A stretch of 64,000 nt of DNA from positions 439,890,001-439,954,000 of the forward strand of contig JBNRSN020000003.1 of the NCBI GenBank assembly GCA_051313645.2. Reading direction: 5' to 3'. Source of the DNA: Centroscyllium fabricii (Eukaryota). Each line of letters opens with the position of its first letter. The first letter of the stretch is position 1. The notes under the pieces are model-generated. The model was not told the DNA's origin, did not search any database, and saw only the letters and a list, made by a program, of their open reading frames with translations. The translations under genes were made by a program, and so were the position numbers. This document shows positions 37,091 to 47,152 of the stretch, piece after piece.

Positions 37091-37933
37091 ATTAGCATAA
37101 CCCTGCTTAGCGAATCAATTAAGAAAGGTTGAGCAAGATTCCCGATCCTCCACACCTCAACTCTCCTGGTTACCTAAGTTAACTCTTGCCCCATGACACA
37201 TGCGGTTCCCATTCCCTTTGATCAACCTCGCATTGCCTTTACCCTGGGCAACGTATATTTACACAACCACGTCTTACACCTCCTGGTTCCTTCCACGTCT
37301 GCCAGGCCGATGCCTTCGTCTCCACCTGTTTATATCATTTATTAACTTGAAAGAGACATCACACAACCATCCGGAAAATATAAACACACACATCTCCCCT
37401 CATCAATCCCCCCATTTGTCCCAAAGTTTTTACAGTGTTCTGGCGGTCTTCTGCAGCCACCACCATCGGCTCGCTGGGATCTTCCTATCCCTCAACGGAA
37501 GTAAGTCCTTCTACCGATGATAGCGCCGGTCCTGGGTGCGATGGTCTCGATCCGGGGCACAGAAAACCAAGTCTCTCCACAAGCGGATTCCGACGTGCTG
37601 GGATGCTCCATTGGGTCCGTTCCCAGCCGTCCTTACTCCCCGGTGTGGCCCCGACTGGCCAGTCCATCTTTGATGGCCGCAAGCGTCATCAGAATCCCCG
37701 CCTCTCTGGGTTCTGTAATTAAACAAAGGGGTTGCCGGCCTCCCAAGAGCGCCTGGCTGTGGTGAGATGTGCACGCCTCCTGGACAGATCCCATATTACC
37801 TAAACACTCCCCTTCACCTTTATGCTTAACGTCACACTTTTAACAAAATTCAGAAATTAATTCGGGCTACTCCCTTGACACTACCAAACTTATTTCTCAT
37901 TATATACAGTGCCGCCTCTCCCGGGCGGCCTAC

Positions 37934-40900
37934 CTATCCCCTGTCAGGGTCGTAGCGGGCCGCTCCCCGTGGCGGTGCATTGCTGACCCTTCCCTTTGGT
38001 TCCCCGCAGCCTGTCGCTGCTTTTGATTCTCCGCAGCCTGGTGCTGCTTGTCGGGGGTGGATAATTATCCTTTTGCGGGGGCTTTTCCTGTACCTGAGGG
38101 CATATGACGGTTCTGGCCAAGCTTTCCTGGGCGGGGGTACCCTTTCCGATCGACGGAGGGTGCCTTTAGGTACTGCTCCCTGGGCCGACGAACTGAGGAC
38201 CGAGCCAGGTTGTGCTGCAGCCTGTGACTCCCTCACAGCTGCCAGCACCAACCCCTCTCCCTCCAGCTTCGCTTCCCTGGGACCGAGAGCCCCCTGGGCC
38301 GACGACCTGAGGACCGGGCCAGGTCGTGCTACAGCCTGTGACCCCGTCACATCTGTCAGCATCGACGCTCCCTCCTCTCGCCTCGTCGACGAACTGAAGG
38401 CCGGGCCGGATCGTGCTGCAGCCTGTGACTCCTTCACAGCTGCCAGCACCGACCCTCCCTCCTTCAGCTTCGCTTCCCCGGGACTGGGATCTCTTGCGGC
38501 TTCTGACCTCACCTCACCTATCTCCTCAGGTGGTGAGTCTCCGCCCGCTATCCCTACCTCTTCGGCATTCGAGTCGAGAACGGAACCCCCGTCCTCCGAC
38601 CCCTCCTGCTCCCCTGTGATTGACTCTAGCACTGGGTCGCGTAGGTCAATCAGGTCCAACCCTTGGTCGGGTTGGCCAATCGGGTCCAACACTTGGTCGT
38701 GTTGGTCCATCGGATCCAACACTTGGTCGGATTGGTCCGGCTCCTCCCCATCTGAATCCCACACAGCACGAGAGACCCTCCTCTCCTCCATCGGGGCCTC
38801 TCCTTTCACGCAGGCTACTTTACCTGCCTGCGCGACCTGTGGTCCTGCACTTGGCTGGGCGTTCCCACTCACAGGGCTTGCCCCTGTGGTCGACCCCTGC
38901 GTGCCCGACTTATACATTTTACATTGGTTTATATGAAACCACTTTGTGCGTCGGGGCACCTTCACCGCATAAACCATGGGGCTTGCCTTATCTACAATGC
39001 TGTAGGGCCCCATGTACAGTGGCTCTAAACTCCCGACCCGGGCATAGTTCCTCACCATGACCAGGTCTCCCACTTCCCATTCTTGCGTTCTTCGGGGCTC
39101 CAGCAACAGCTTGTTCCCCTGATGCTGTCTGCCCATGTTCCCTGCTGCCTGCTCGTGTACTCGCTTTAGGTGCTCGAACAGATTTTGGGCAAACCTGTCC
39201 TTCTTTACCTCCTCGAGCTGTCCTTCCGTGAGCACCGGAGCTAGTACATGAGTGGGGGTACGCATGGCCCTTCCAGTCATTAGCTCGTGCGGGGAATATC
39301 CCGTACTTTTCGACTGGCTGGCCCTGATCCCCATGAGGATTAAAGGCAGGATCTCCGCCCATTTCTGGGGCGAGCCCATCGCCTCTTTCCTCAACCGTTC
39401 CTTAAGGGTACGGTTCATGCGTTCCACAATTCCTGATGACTGGGGGTTGTGCGCTACGTGCCATTTCCCTTCAATGCCTAAGAGCATGAGGGTGTTCTGC
39501 ATGACCTGGCCGGTGAAGTGACTCCCCTGGTCGGACTCCACAAAACGGGGAAGTCCCCACCGTGAGAACACCTCCCGGACCAAAATCCTGGCAGTACCTA
39601 AAGCCGTAGCCGTCCTACAGGGGAAAGCTTCTACCCATTTGGAGAACACGTCCACCAGGACGAGACAATATTTATAGCCTCCCTGGGCGGTGGGTAGGGG
39701 CCCTATATAGTCGACTTGTATCGACTGCCACGGTCCCTCCACCCTCCTGACGTGCCCCATCTGCGCTTTCCTCCTTTGGGGGTCTGGGTTGTTCGCAGCG
39801 CACACCAGGCAGCTGGCGCAGAACTCGCGGGCATCTTCCCTGACTCCCGGCCACCACCCTGCCTGCTCCACCCGTTGCCACGTAACCTCTGGCCCGGGGT
39901 GCCCTGCTCCTGGACCCTCGTGGGCCAATTGGAGAAATTCCCTCCTGTGCTGCTGCGGCACAACCCACTGTTCCTCCCTGAACAACATTCCTTCCTTAAC
40001 GGAGAGGGTCGCCCTATTGTATGGGCCCTCTACCTGCTTGTCCTCACTAATAGCTTTGAGGACAGCTTTTAAAACGGGATCCTGGTTTTGGACCGCTTTG
40101 AGATCCAAAGGCAGGGGAACCCTGGGGCGGTTCCCCTCCTTATCCCGGATCGCTGCCACAGGTCCGGACCCGTAGGGGTCCCAGAAAGTGCCTTCACGAG
40201 CACCCTCCTTGGCCAGCGCATCCGCCCGCTGATTGCCTCCCCCACGTGGTTCCGTGGAAGAGTGAGCCTTCACCTTGTGGATGAAGATCTCCCCTTCTTC
40301 CCCTACTGCCGCTAGGATCTTCTCCAACAAGGGCTTTACTGTTAATGGCCGCCCGTCCACGGAAGTGTACCCGCGACGTGACCATATGGCCAGATACTCC
40401 GTGCACGAGTTGCACGTAAACATACTATCTGAACAAATTGTGTACGGGGTTGGGAAGGTCTCGGGGTGGGTTACCACGTACGCCACCGCCGACAGCTCGG
40501 CCTGCTGCGCGCTCATGGTGCGGGGAAGCTTAACCGCCAAGGCAATGTCTGCCGTAGGGTCAAAAATCCCGCAGCCCGTGAGTCGTTCGCCAGCCACCAC
40601 CGTGCTGGAACCATCAACATAGATCTCGCGGCCCGTGGGATGTATCCCGGCTCGCAGACCTATGTTCACCTCCCATACCCCCTCCACGGAACACCGATGG
40701 GTCGTTCCGGGGTACATCAAATTTGCTGCGAGCTTAGGCTCGCACAAACCCTCCACTTTTAAATCCATTTGGGACAACAGAAGAGTCCAGCGCGCAATTC
40801 TCGCGCTGCTCACGGTCCCATCCTTTATCCTCCCATCCAGGAGCATCCTGGTGGGCGTGTGGTGGGTGAGGAGAGTAATGGGAGAGGTTCCCGTGAAGAT

Positions 40901-42574
40901 TAATGATCTCTTCACGGCCCAATGCGTGGCTAAAAGATGCCGTTCGCAGTTGGAGAACCCCCTCTCTACCTCCGTGAGTACCCTTGAGGAATACACCACC
41001 GGTCGCAGCTTGCCGTGCCGCTCTTGGAGCAACACCGCGCTCAAGCTGTCCTCGCCGGCTGCTACCTCCAGGGAAAACTCCTTCCCCTCCTCTATGGCCC
41101 CCAGGGCTGGCGCGGTTTGCAAGTCCCTCTTCAACTTTTCAAACGCCGCCTGGCAGCCCTCATCCCATGACCACCCAACTCCCTTATGTAAGAGTCGGAG
41201 CAGCGGAGCTGCTGTGGCTGCATAGTCCTCTATGAAGTCTCTGCAATACCCGGTCAATTCCAAAAAGGACCTCACACCCTTTACGGTGGTCGGGATCGGT
41301 AGCTCCTGTACCGACTCCCTCCTGGCATTATCTATGGCCCTTTCCCCCGCGCGGATGGTCAGACCCAGAAACTTTACTTCTGTCTGGCCAATCCGTGCCT
41401 TCTTCGGGTTTATTTTAAAACCCTTCCTAGCCAGTAATTCCAGCAGCTCGCCTAGCAATGGCAAGTGCTCATCCCTCGTGTCCGTGAACAGGAGTAAGTC
41501 GTCCACGTACTGCACTATTTGATTGGGCTGACTAAACTCCTTTAAACTCCCTGCCATACACTGGTGGAAAATACTGGGGCTGTTGTGGAAGCCTTGCGGC
41601 AAACAATTCCACGTGTACTGCTGCCCTTTAAACGTAAAGGCAAACTTGTACTGATCCTCCCTCCGCAGCGGGATGGACCAAAACCCGTTGGAGATATCCA
41701 ACACCGTAAACACCGTGGCGGAAGCGGGAATACTCCCGATCAGGTCGGCAACTGCTGCCACCGTGGGCGCGCAGGCGGGGATGTTACTGTTGAGGACTCG
41801 ATAATCCACCGTGGCTCTCCATGAGTTGTCCGGCTTCTTTACTGGCCACAACGGAGAGTTCACATGGGTGGCTATCGGCCTCAACACGCCCTGCCGCACC
41901 AGTGAAGACATCGCTGTCTCCAGATCGGACTCCGCTTCCTTAGGGAAGTTATACTGTTTCTGGGGTCGGGACATGGGATCCCCCTGTACGCCATCCTCAA
42001 ACCCTAAGACCCTCCCGCAATCGTGCTTGTGGGTCGCAAAGGCGTTTATATTCCACGTTACGGCCGCCTGCATGTCGGCCGGAACCCCCTTGGACAAACT
42101 ATCGAGGTCGTAACCTCCGGACGGCTTCATGGTGCATAGGGTCCCCTTCTCTTCTTCCTCCCCTATGACCACAACTTCACCTCTTCCACTTTCGGCTGCC
42201 CATAAACAGTGGTTCCTTAGGTCGATCATGATCCCGTGTGCTCCCAGAAAATCTGCTCCTACTATACCTCTGCCACCTCCTTCTTCCCATTTCAGTAGGA
42301 TGCACTCCCAAGTGGTGTGGAGCGCTCCTAACTGAATGGAGAGTGGCCTAGAGCGCGCGCCCCCCTGTTCCTTGCCCGCAAACCCTGCTAATGCAAAAGG
42401 GACTCCGGTGGACATTGGGGAATTAAACGGCTTCTCTGTATGGATCACGGTGCATGAGGCCCCCGTATCCAACAGATAATTCCCCTCCTGTCTCTCCACC
42501 TCCATTTCCACCAGAGGTCTCCTCCATGCATCATAACGGAGCGGACACAGGTAAATGGGCAGCGCGGGTCTTAG
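37934..42574 (-). CDS. pol: Pol: protease, RT, tether (degenerate RNase H), RNase H, integrase and long low-complexity tail; in frame with gag
   Basis: YLLDTGAS; SPLWPVKKPDNSWR; LPQGFHNSP; YVDD (41498-41509); tether; IYVDGSS..SAQQAEL..SDS..VKAH..GNQRADALAK; HHCC; VDYIGPLP..SDQG..VERMN; GPY. The frame is open from the gag stop. Confidence 0.95.
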   Translation of the reverse strand, partial: LRPALPIYLCPLRYDAWRRPLVEMEVERQEGNYLLDTGASCTVIHTEKPFNSPMSTGVPFALAGFAGKEQGGARSRPLSIQLGALHTTWECILLKWEEGGGRGIVGADFLGAHGIMIDLRNHCLWAAESGRGEVVVIGEEEEKGTLCTMKPSGGYDLDSLSKGVPADMQAAVTWNINAFATHKHDCGRVLGFEDGVQGDPMSRPQKQYNFPKEAESDLETAMSSLVRQGVLRPIATHVNSPLWPVKKPDNSWRATVDYRVLNSNIPACAPTVAAVADLIGSIPASATVFTVLDISNGFWSIPLRREDQYKFAFTFKGQQYTWNCLPQGFHNSPSIFHQCMAGSLKEFSQPNQIVQYVDDLLLFTDTRDEHLPLLGELLELLARKGFKINPKKARIGQTEVKFLGLTIRAGERAIDNARRESVQELPIPTTVKGVRSFLELTGYCRDFIEDYAATAAPLLRLLHKGVGWSWDEGCQAAFEKLKRDLQTAPALGAIEEGKEFSLEVAAGEDSLSAVLLQERHGKLRPVVYSSRVLTEVERGFSNCERHLLATHWAVKRSLIFTGTSPITLLTHHTPTRMLLDGRIKDGTVSSARIARWTLLLSQMDLKVEGLCEPKLAANLMYPGTTHRCSVEGVWEVNIGLRAGIHPTGREIYVDGSSTVVAGERLTGCGIFDPTADIALAVKLPRTMSAQQAELSAVAYVVTHPETFPTPYTICSDSMFTCNSCTEYLAIWSRRGYTSVDGRPLTVKPLLEKILAAVGEEGEIFIHKVKAHSSTEPRGGGNQRADALAKEGAREGTFWDPYGSGPVAAIRDKEGNRPRVPLPLDLKAVQNQDPVLKAVLKAISEDKQVEGPYNRATLSVKEGMLFREEQWVVPQQHRREFLQLAHEGPGAGHPGPEVTWQRVEQAGWWPGVREDAREFCASCLVCAANNPDPQRRKAQMGHVRRVEGPWQSIQVDYIGPLPTAQGGYKYCLVLVDVFSKWVEAFPCRTATALGTARILVREVFSRWGLPRFVESDQGSHFTGQVMQNTLMLLGIEGKWHVAHNPQSSGIVERMNRTLKERLRKEAMGSPQKWAEILPLILMGIRASQSKSTGYSPHELMTGRAMRTPTHVLAPVLTEGQLEEVKKDRFAQNLFEHLKRVHEQAAGNMGRQHQGNKLLLEPRRTQEWEVGDLVMVRNYARVGSLEPLYMGPYSIVDKASPMVYAVKVPRRTKWFHINQCKMYKSGTQGSTTGASPVSGNAQPSAGPQVAQAGKVACVKGEAPMEERRVSRAVWDSDGEEPDQSDQVLDPMDQHDQVLDPIGQPDQGLDLIDLRDPVLESITGEQEGSEDGGSVLDSNAEEVGIAGGDSPPEEIGEVRSEAARDPSPGEAKLKEGGSVLAAVKESQAAARSGPAFSSSTRREEGASMLTDVTGSQAVARPGPVLRSSAQGALGPREAKLEGEGLVLAAVRESQAAAQPGSVLSSSAQGAVPKGTLRRSERVPPPRKAWPEPSYALRYRKSPRKRIIIHPRQAAPGCGESKAATGCGEPKGRVSNAPPRGAARYDPDRG

Positions 42575-44497
42575 TCATTGGGTTTCCACGTGAGGGGCTG
42601 CGGTGCCTGCGGAACCGGTGGCCACCGCTGCCTTCCCCTGGGAAGCCATATACAACTTCATGGCCCCCAGCGTGGACTCAATCGTCTCGGGACTTAAAGT
42701 CGCCCCGGCACCTCCTGTGGGAGCGGGTGCTCGGGTTGGGGCTACCTTCCCCTGGGAAGTCATATAAAACTTCATGGCTTCCAGCATGGACTCAATTGTT
42801 TCGGGACTTAGAGTGGCGCCGGCACCTCCTGTGGGAGTGGGTGCTCGGGCTGGGGCTGCGGGAGCTCTTTCCTTGACCTCCCTCCACGGGGCTCTACAGT
42901 CTCTGCGCCAGTGGCCTGCCTTCCCGCATCTATGACATGTAGACTGCCCCGGGTTGCCCCCCTCCTGATACCACTCTCTCTGCGCTGGGGCGTCTGCGTT
43001 AGTCGCATACACCTTCCCCTTATCGCAGTGCATCACCGAACTCCTCGTGTTTTTGTACCCAACCGTGAGTCGGTTGAGGACCGTCTCCTCTGTGGTTTGA
43101 GCATCGGTGGGGTCAAACCACACCTTAGCCTGCTCTCCAACGGCGGGTAGGCTGTTGGCAACGATACACCGGAGCCACTGGGCTCTCCCGGCGTCGCGCA
43201 AAACAGCCCATGCAGGTACATCTGGGCAGCTGCGCTGATACACAGGCCACAGCCTCCCGGCGAAAACCCGTGGGGGTTCTCCCTCCATCTGCACGGTCCT
43301 ACCCAGCCTTACAAACGGACCTTCATCGTCCATTCCCAGCACTTCTAAGACCTCATCCCGTAGGTCGTCATAGCCCTTATTCCCCCTCTTGCTCTCGTCG
43401 GAGAGACACTGAAGGATAGAGCTATCTAAAGAGAAAAGCAACATCCTGGCTTGCTCTCCTTCGTCACAGCCGTTTACCGCTGCTGCCTGTTCGACCTCCC
43501 TAAAATGCAGGGACGGATCGCCTGCTGCGGACAGCTTCCTAAAATGCCCTATCATGCTCCTTATTTGTTGCGAGCTATGGGGCACTATGACCTCATTCAA
43601 GATGGGCCCGGGATCCCCAGCCGCAGTGTCGGGACCCCGCCTCGTTTCTCGAACCGGACACATGGGTGCCGGGTCTGGATCCCCCATTTTGGGAACCTTC
43701 GCCGCCACCTCCTCTCTGTCCCCTTTCTCCCATGCTTGCGTATAGTGGGGTGATCGCGCGGGGAGCGCGGGGGCTGGTGCCTCCGGCGCCCTCCTCCTTA
43801 GCTTTGGCTTCGGGGGTTCCTTAACCACCTTTACCTCACCCACCGATGGGTCGATGAGGCACACCAGACCATTTGACCTGTTCAGGGCCTCCCTGAGGTC
43901 CTGAATCTCCTTTAAACAAGCGCCATGATCGGCGTCCTCATATTTGGTCTCAAGGGACATTTTGTACGCTGCCCTCATCCCCAGTAAATCCTCCTCCTGT
44001 GCCTTTAATTGGCCACTTAGGCGGACGCACCTTTCCCTGAGCTTCCCTTCACTTGACATGGCCTCTACTACTTGTCTTTCTAGGAGCTCGACCCTGGCCT
44101 CATGGCGGTTGGTCTTCACCTGGCGCTCATTATTCAGAGCCTCTAGCGCGGTGATTAACCGCTGCCCCCCTGAGACCTTTTCCTCCACTTCTAGGACTAA
44201 CCCCTTGATCTGCGCGGTCTGCGCCGCAATCACCTGGTCCGAAAGCTGGACCTGCTTTTTATAGCACATTAACCATACTGCTTTTTCTACTGCTTTTTTA
44301 TGCCCCTTGCTACCCGTCCAACGGATAGCTGCATCCAGTGGGCGTTTGTCTGCCAACAGGTCCCCAATCCACTGCTTTGTTAAATTCACTTTGCTGAACA
44401 CATAACCAGCAATCCTTTCCTCCATTACGCTTCTTTTATTCAAGGCTGAGTCCAATATATCTCTCTCCTGCTGCCAACGTCCTGCCGCGGTCGCCAT
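42575..44497 (-). CDS. gag: Gag (640 aa): N-terminal coiled-coil-like region, capsid-like region, one CCHC zinc knuckle
   Basis: CHRCGKAGHWRRDC knuckle and position between the PBS and pol. Confidence 0.92.
   Translation of the reverse strand: MATAAGRWQQERDILDSALNKRSVMEERIAGYVFSKVNLTKQWIGDLLADKRPLDAAIRWTGSKGHKKAVEKAVWLMCYKKQVQLSDQVIAAQTAQIKGLVLEVEEKVSGGQRLITALEALNNERQVKTNRHEARVELLERQVVEAMSSEGKLRERCVRLSGQLKAQEEDLLGMRAAYKMSLETKYEDADHGACLKEIQDLREALNRSNGLVCLIDPSVGEVKVVKEPPKPKLRRRAPEAPAPALPARSPHYTQAWEKGDREEVAAKVPKMGDPDPAPMCPVRETRRGPDTAAGDPGPILNEVIVPHSSQQIRSMIGHFRKLSAAGDPSLHFREVEQAAAVNGCDEGEQARMLLFSLDSSILQCLSDESKRGNKGYDDLRDEVLEVLGMDDEGPFVRLGRTVQMEGEPPRVFAGRLWPVYQRSCPDVPAWAVLRDAGRAQWLRCIVANSLPAVGEQAKVWFDPTDAQTTEETVLNRLTVGYKNTRSSVMHCDKGKVYATNADAPAQREWYQEGGNPGQSTCHRCGKAGHWRRDCRAPWREVKERAPAAPARAPTPTGGAGATLSPETIESMLEAMKFYMTSQGKVAPTRAPAPTGGAGATLSPETIESTLGAMKLYMASQGKAAVATGSAGTAAPHVETQ
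44479..44496 (-). other. Primer-binding site for tRNA-Arg(TCG)
   Basis: TGGCGACCGCGGCAGGAC lies 3 nt from the 5' LTR and is complementary to the vertebrate tRNA-Arg-TCG 3' end ...GTCCTGCCGCGGTCG-CCA (tRNA sequence recalled, not searched). Confidence 0.85.
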
Positions 44498-44499
44498 TC

Positions 44500-46191
44500 T
44501 GTAAGGAGCGTGCGCCGTATATTTTATTGTACGACTTGGGGTCCGTTACTGCCTTGCGCTAGCAGTCCGCTAGGCCTCGTGCAATAACCTCCTCCCCCGC
44601 GAGCGGTTCGAATCGCTCACCCTTACGGTTCTAGACGTTGGACTTAGGTGCAGGAGAAGAGAGAGAGACGAGATGGATACCGATTGGACTCAGATTTAGA
44701 CTCGAATAAAAGTTTGCAAAGTTGGAAGATTTTATTACACCACAGGATATATTTACAGCAGTTAGGTTGTATTTCATCAGAACGACACAGTATGATACAC
44801 CAACAATTGTTTCCCAAACAGATATATATATATATATACACATACACAGGTAACTTATAGGATGGGGAACGCACGGCACATCGTAAATCGGGCAATGACT
44901 CTATAAATACACCCCAAATAAACCACCCTTCCCTCTATTGCCTAGCTATGTCCAGGTGTGTAGGATCGAGGCACATGCTCACCACTCGGTAATACTCGGG
45001 GTCTGCTACGAAGTTCCTCATTTCCTCGGCTGCAGCGTCGGTCGTCACGTGGCTGTGGAAGATTCGGGAGTCCACTTGTTGTCTTCTCCCTTTGGGCGGC
45101 GGTCGCTCCTGCTCGGGCTGGTCCCGGACGGGTTCCTCGAGGCTGCTCTATCTCCTCGCACCAACCGCACCGTCTCCCTGGCTGAACCGGACCCTGGGGT
45201 ATGCCGATCCTGCCCTCTCAAGCCGAACTGTAACGGGCTGCTAGCCTACTTGCTTTCCCACTCTTCGAACGCTAGCTTAATCGCCGTGTTCAACAAGATG
45301 CTTCACTGATGGGGCCCAACAACCAACTACCTCACCAGCAATGGTTTTCCGATGCGATACTGCCCTGACCCAACTCGACCGCTCTGCCAGAACCTTCACC
45401 CTGCTTGCCCTGCACCCAGAAAGCTGAACTGGAGTCTTCGAAACGGAGAGCCCACCCAAAGTTACTGCTAACGCTCAAAAGTTCTTTTCCGAGACCTCAC
45501 CGCTTCAAGAGGTCGATTCCACGAGTCAAGAGAGAGAAATCCAAACCCCCCTCCTCCAGGGAGTCCGAGATGAAGAGAGATTTTCAAGAGAGACCTTTCC
45601 AAGAGCTAAAGAGCTAAGCGAGAGAGCGAATTGTAGAAATGTGCTGCCAGTTATACCCCAAATGTTGAATGCCTAATGTCTTTCCCATTAGGGCCGGTAT
45701 TTGTGTTTGGGAAACGGTTATTGCATCCTTTTGTCCAGCCAAGCCTGCTGGTAATAGTTTTGATGGTGGCTCTAACTTCTCCGGTTAGAGTCCCATTGTT
45801 TTCAAGGGTGCTAATCACTTTATGCTCGAAGGGTATACAATTTCTGTAGCTGGCTAAACAGGCCAGCTGCTTCGTATTTGCAGCTGTTTTGGGTGCTTAT
45901 TTAACTGGGTGCATTTCTTTGTGGGGCTAAGCGGTTTCTGAGGGGCAGGCTACTTATTTACAGGTTTAACAGCGCCTTCATGTCTGGTTTCTTCGCGGGC
46001 TTTTCGAATTGAGTTTTGGTTTCATTTTACACTATGCCATGTGGTCCGGTGGCCATTTTGGAGGCCCCTTTTCTCTGATCAGGCCGCAGCCTGTCCTGTC
46101 TGCCATTGTACAATAAAAAAACATGTATACTCCATCCCTTCGTTTCTGGTCTTTGTAAATCCGTTTTGACTTGGAATATTGCGACCTTACA
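44500..46191 (-). repeat. 5' LTR (1692 bp)
   Basis: Direct repeat of 35388-37077. Candidate TATAA at 45651-45655 (minus) and AATAAA about 25 nt before the LTR end. Confidence 0.97.
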
Positions 46192-46269
46192 GGCTTACCA
46201 GTCTGTAATTCCCCATTTTCTCTCGACCACCTTTTTTGAATAGTGGGGTTACATTAGCTACCCTCCAAT

Positions 46270-46685
46270 CCATAGACTAGAGAAGCTGGGGTTGTTCTCC
46301 TTAGAGCAGAGAAGGGTGAGAGGAGATTTGATAGAGGTGTTCAAAATCATGAGGGGTCTGGACAGAGTAGATAGAGAGAAACTGTTCCCATTGGCGGAAG
46401 GGTCGAGAACCAGAGGACACAGATTCAAGGTGATTGGCAAAAGAACATGAGGGGAAAAAAATTACGCAGTGAGTGGTTAGGATCTGGAATGCGCTGCCCA
46501 AAAGGGTGGTGGAGGCAGACTCAATCATGGCTTTCAAAAGGGAATTGGATAAGTGCCTGAAGGAAAAAAATTGCAGGTCTATGGGGAAAGAGTGGGGGAG
46601 TGGGACCAGCTGAGGTGCTCTTGCAGAGAGCCGGCACGGGCCGAATGGCCTCCTTCTGTGCTGTAACCATTCTATGATTCTATGT
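46270..46685 (+). mobile_element. CR1 3' end
   Basis: LEKLGLFSLEQRR.RGDLIEVFKI-type sequence with an (ATTCTATG) tail. Confidence 0.8.
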
Positions 46686-47152
46686 TAAAAGTGTCATTTT
46701 TCTTTGAGGGAAAAATTTTGAAATATCTCTAGTTTATGTTTTTGTTCATAACTTCTCACAACCAATTATTGGGTTTAAATATTAAAACGAAAATCTTTGC
46801 TGATTCTCAATGTTGTCTTGCTGGTGTTTTATAAGAAGTTGCATTTAGAGTGAGTTATACAGCACAGAAAGAGGCCCATCGTCTCCACGCCGGCCATCAA
46901 ACCCTTTCTATTCTAATCCCATTTTCCAGCACTTGGTCCGTAGCCTTGTATGCTGTGGCATTTCAAGTGCTCATCTAAATGCTTCTTGAATGTTGTAAGA
47001 AGTCACACAACACCAAGTTATAGTCCAACAGTTTTATTTGAAATCACAAGCTTTTGGAGCGTTGCTCCTTCATCAGGTGTAAGAGAGATGAATTTAAACA
47101 CAGCATATATAGACGGAGAACAATGTAATCTTTCCAACTGCCCTACATCACA

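Larger units (their letters stand above)
35388..46191 (-). mobile_element. Full-length, ORF-intact retrovirus-like LTR element (lokiretrovirus-like candidate), no env
   Basis: Two LTRs with TGTAAGG...CCTTACA termini, TSD GGCT (35384-35387 / 46192-46195), PBS, PPT, and uninterrupted gag and pol. Confidence 0.95.

Noticed and set aside
37980-38936. 318-aa antisense ORF over the pol tail
   Set aside because: GC-rich repetitive shadow frame with a non-ATG start and no independent evidence.
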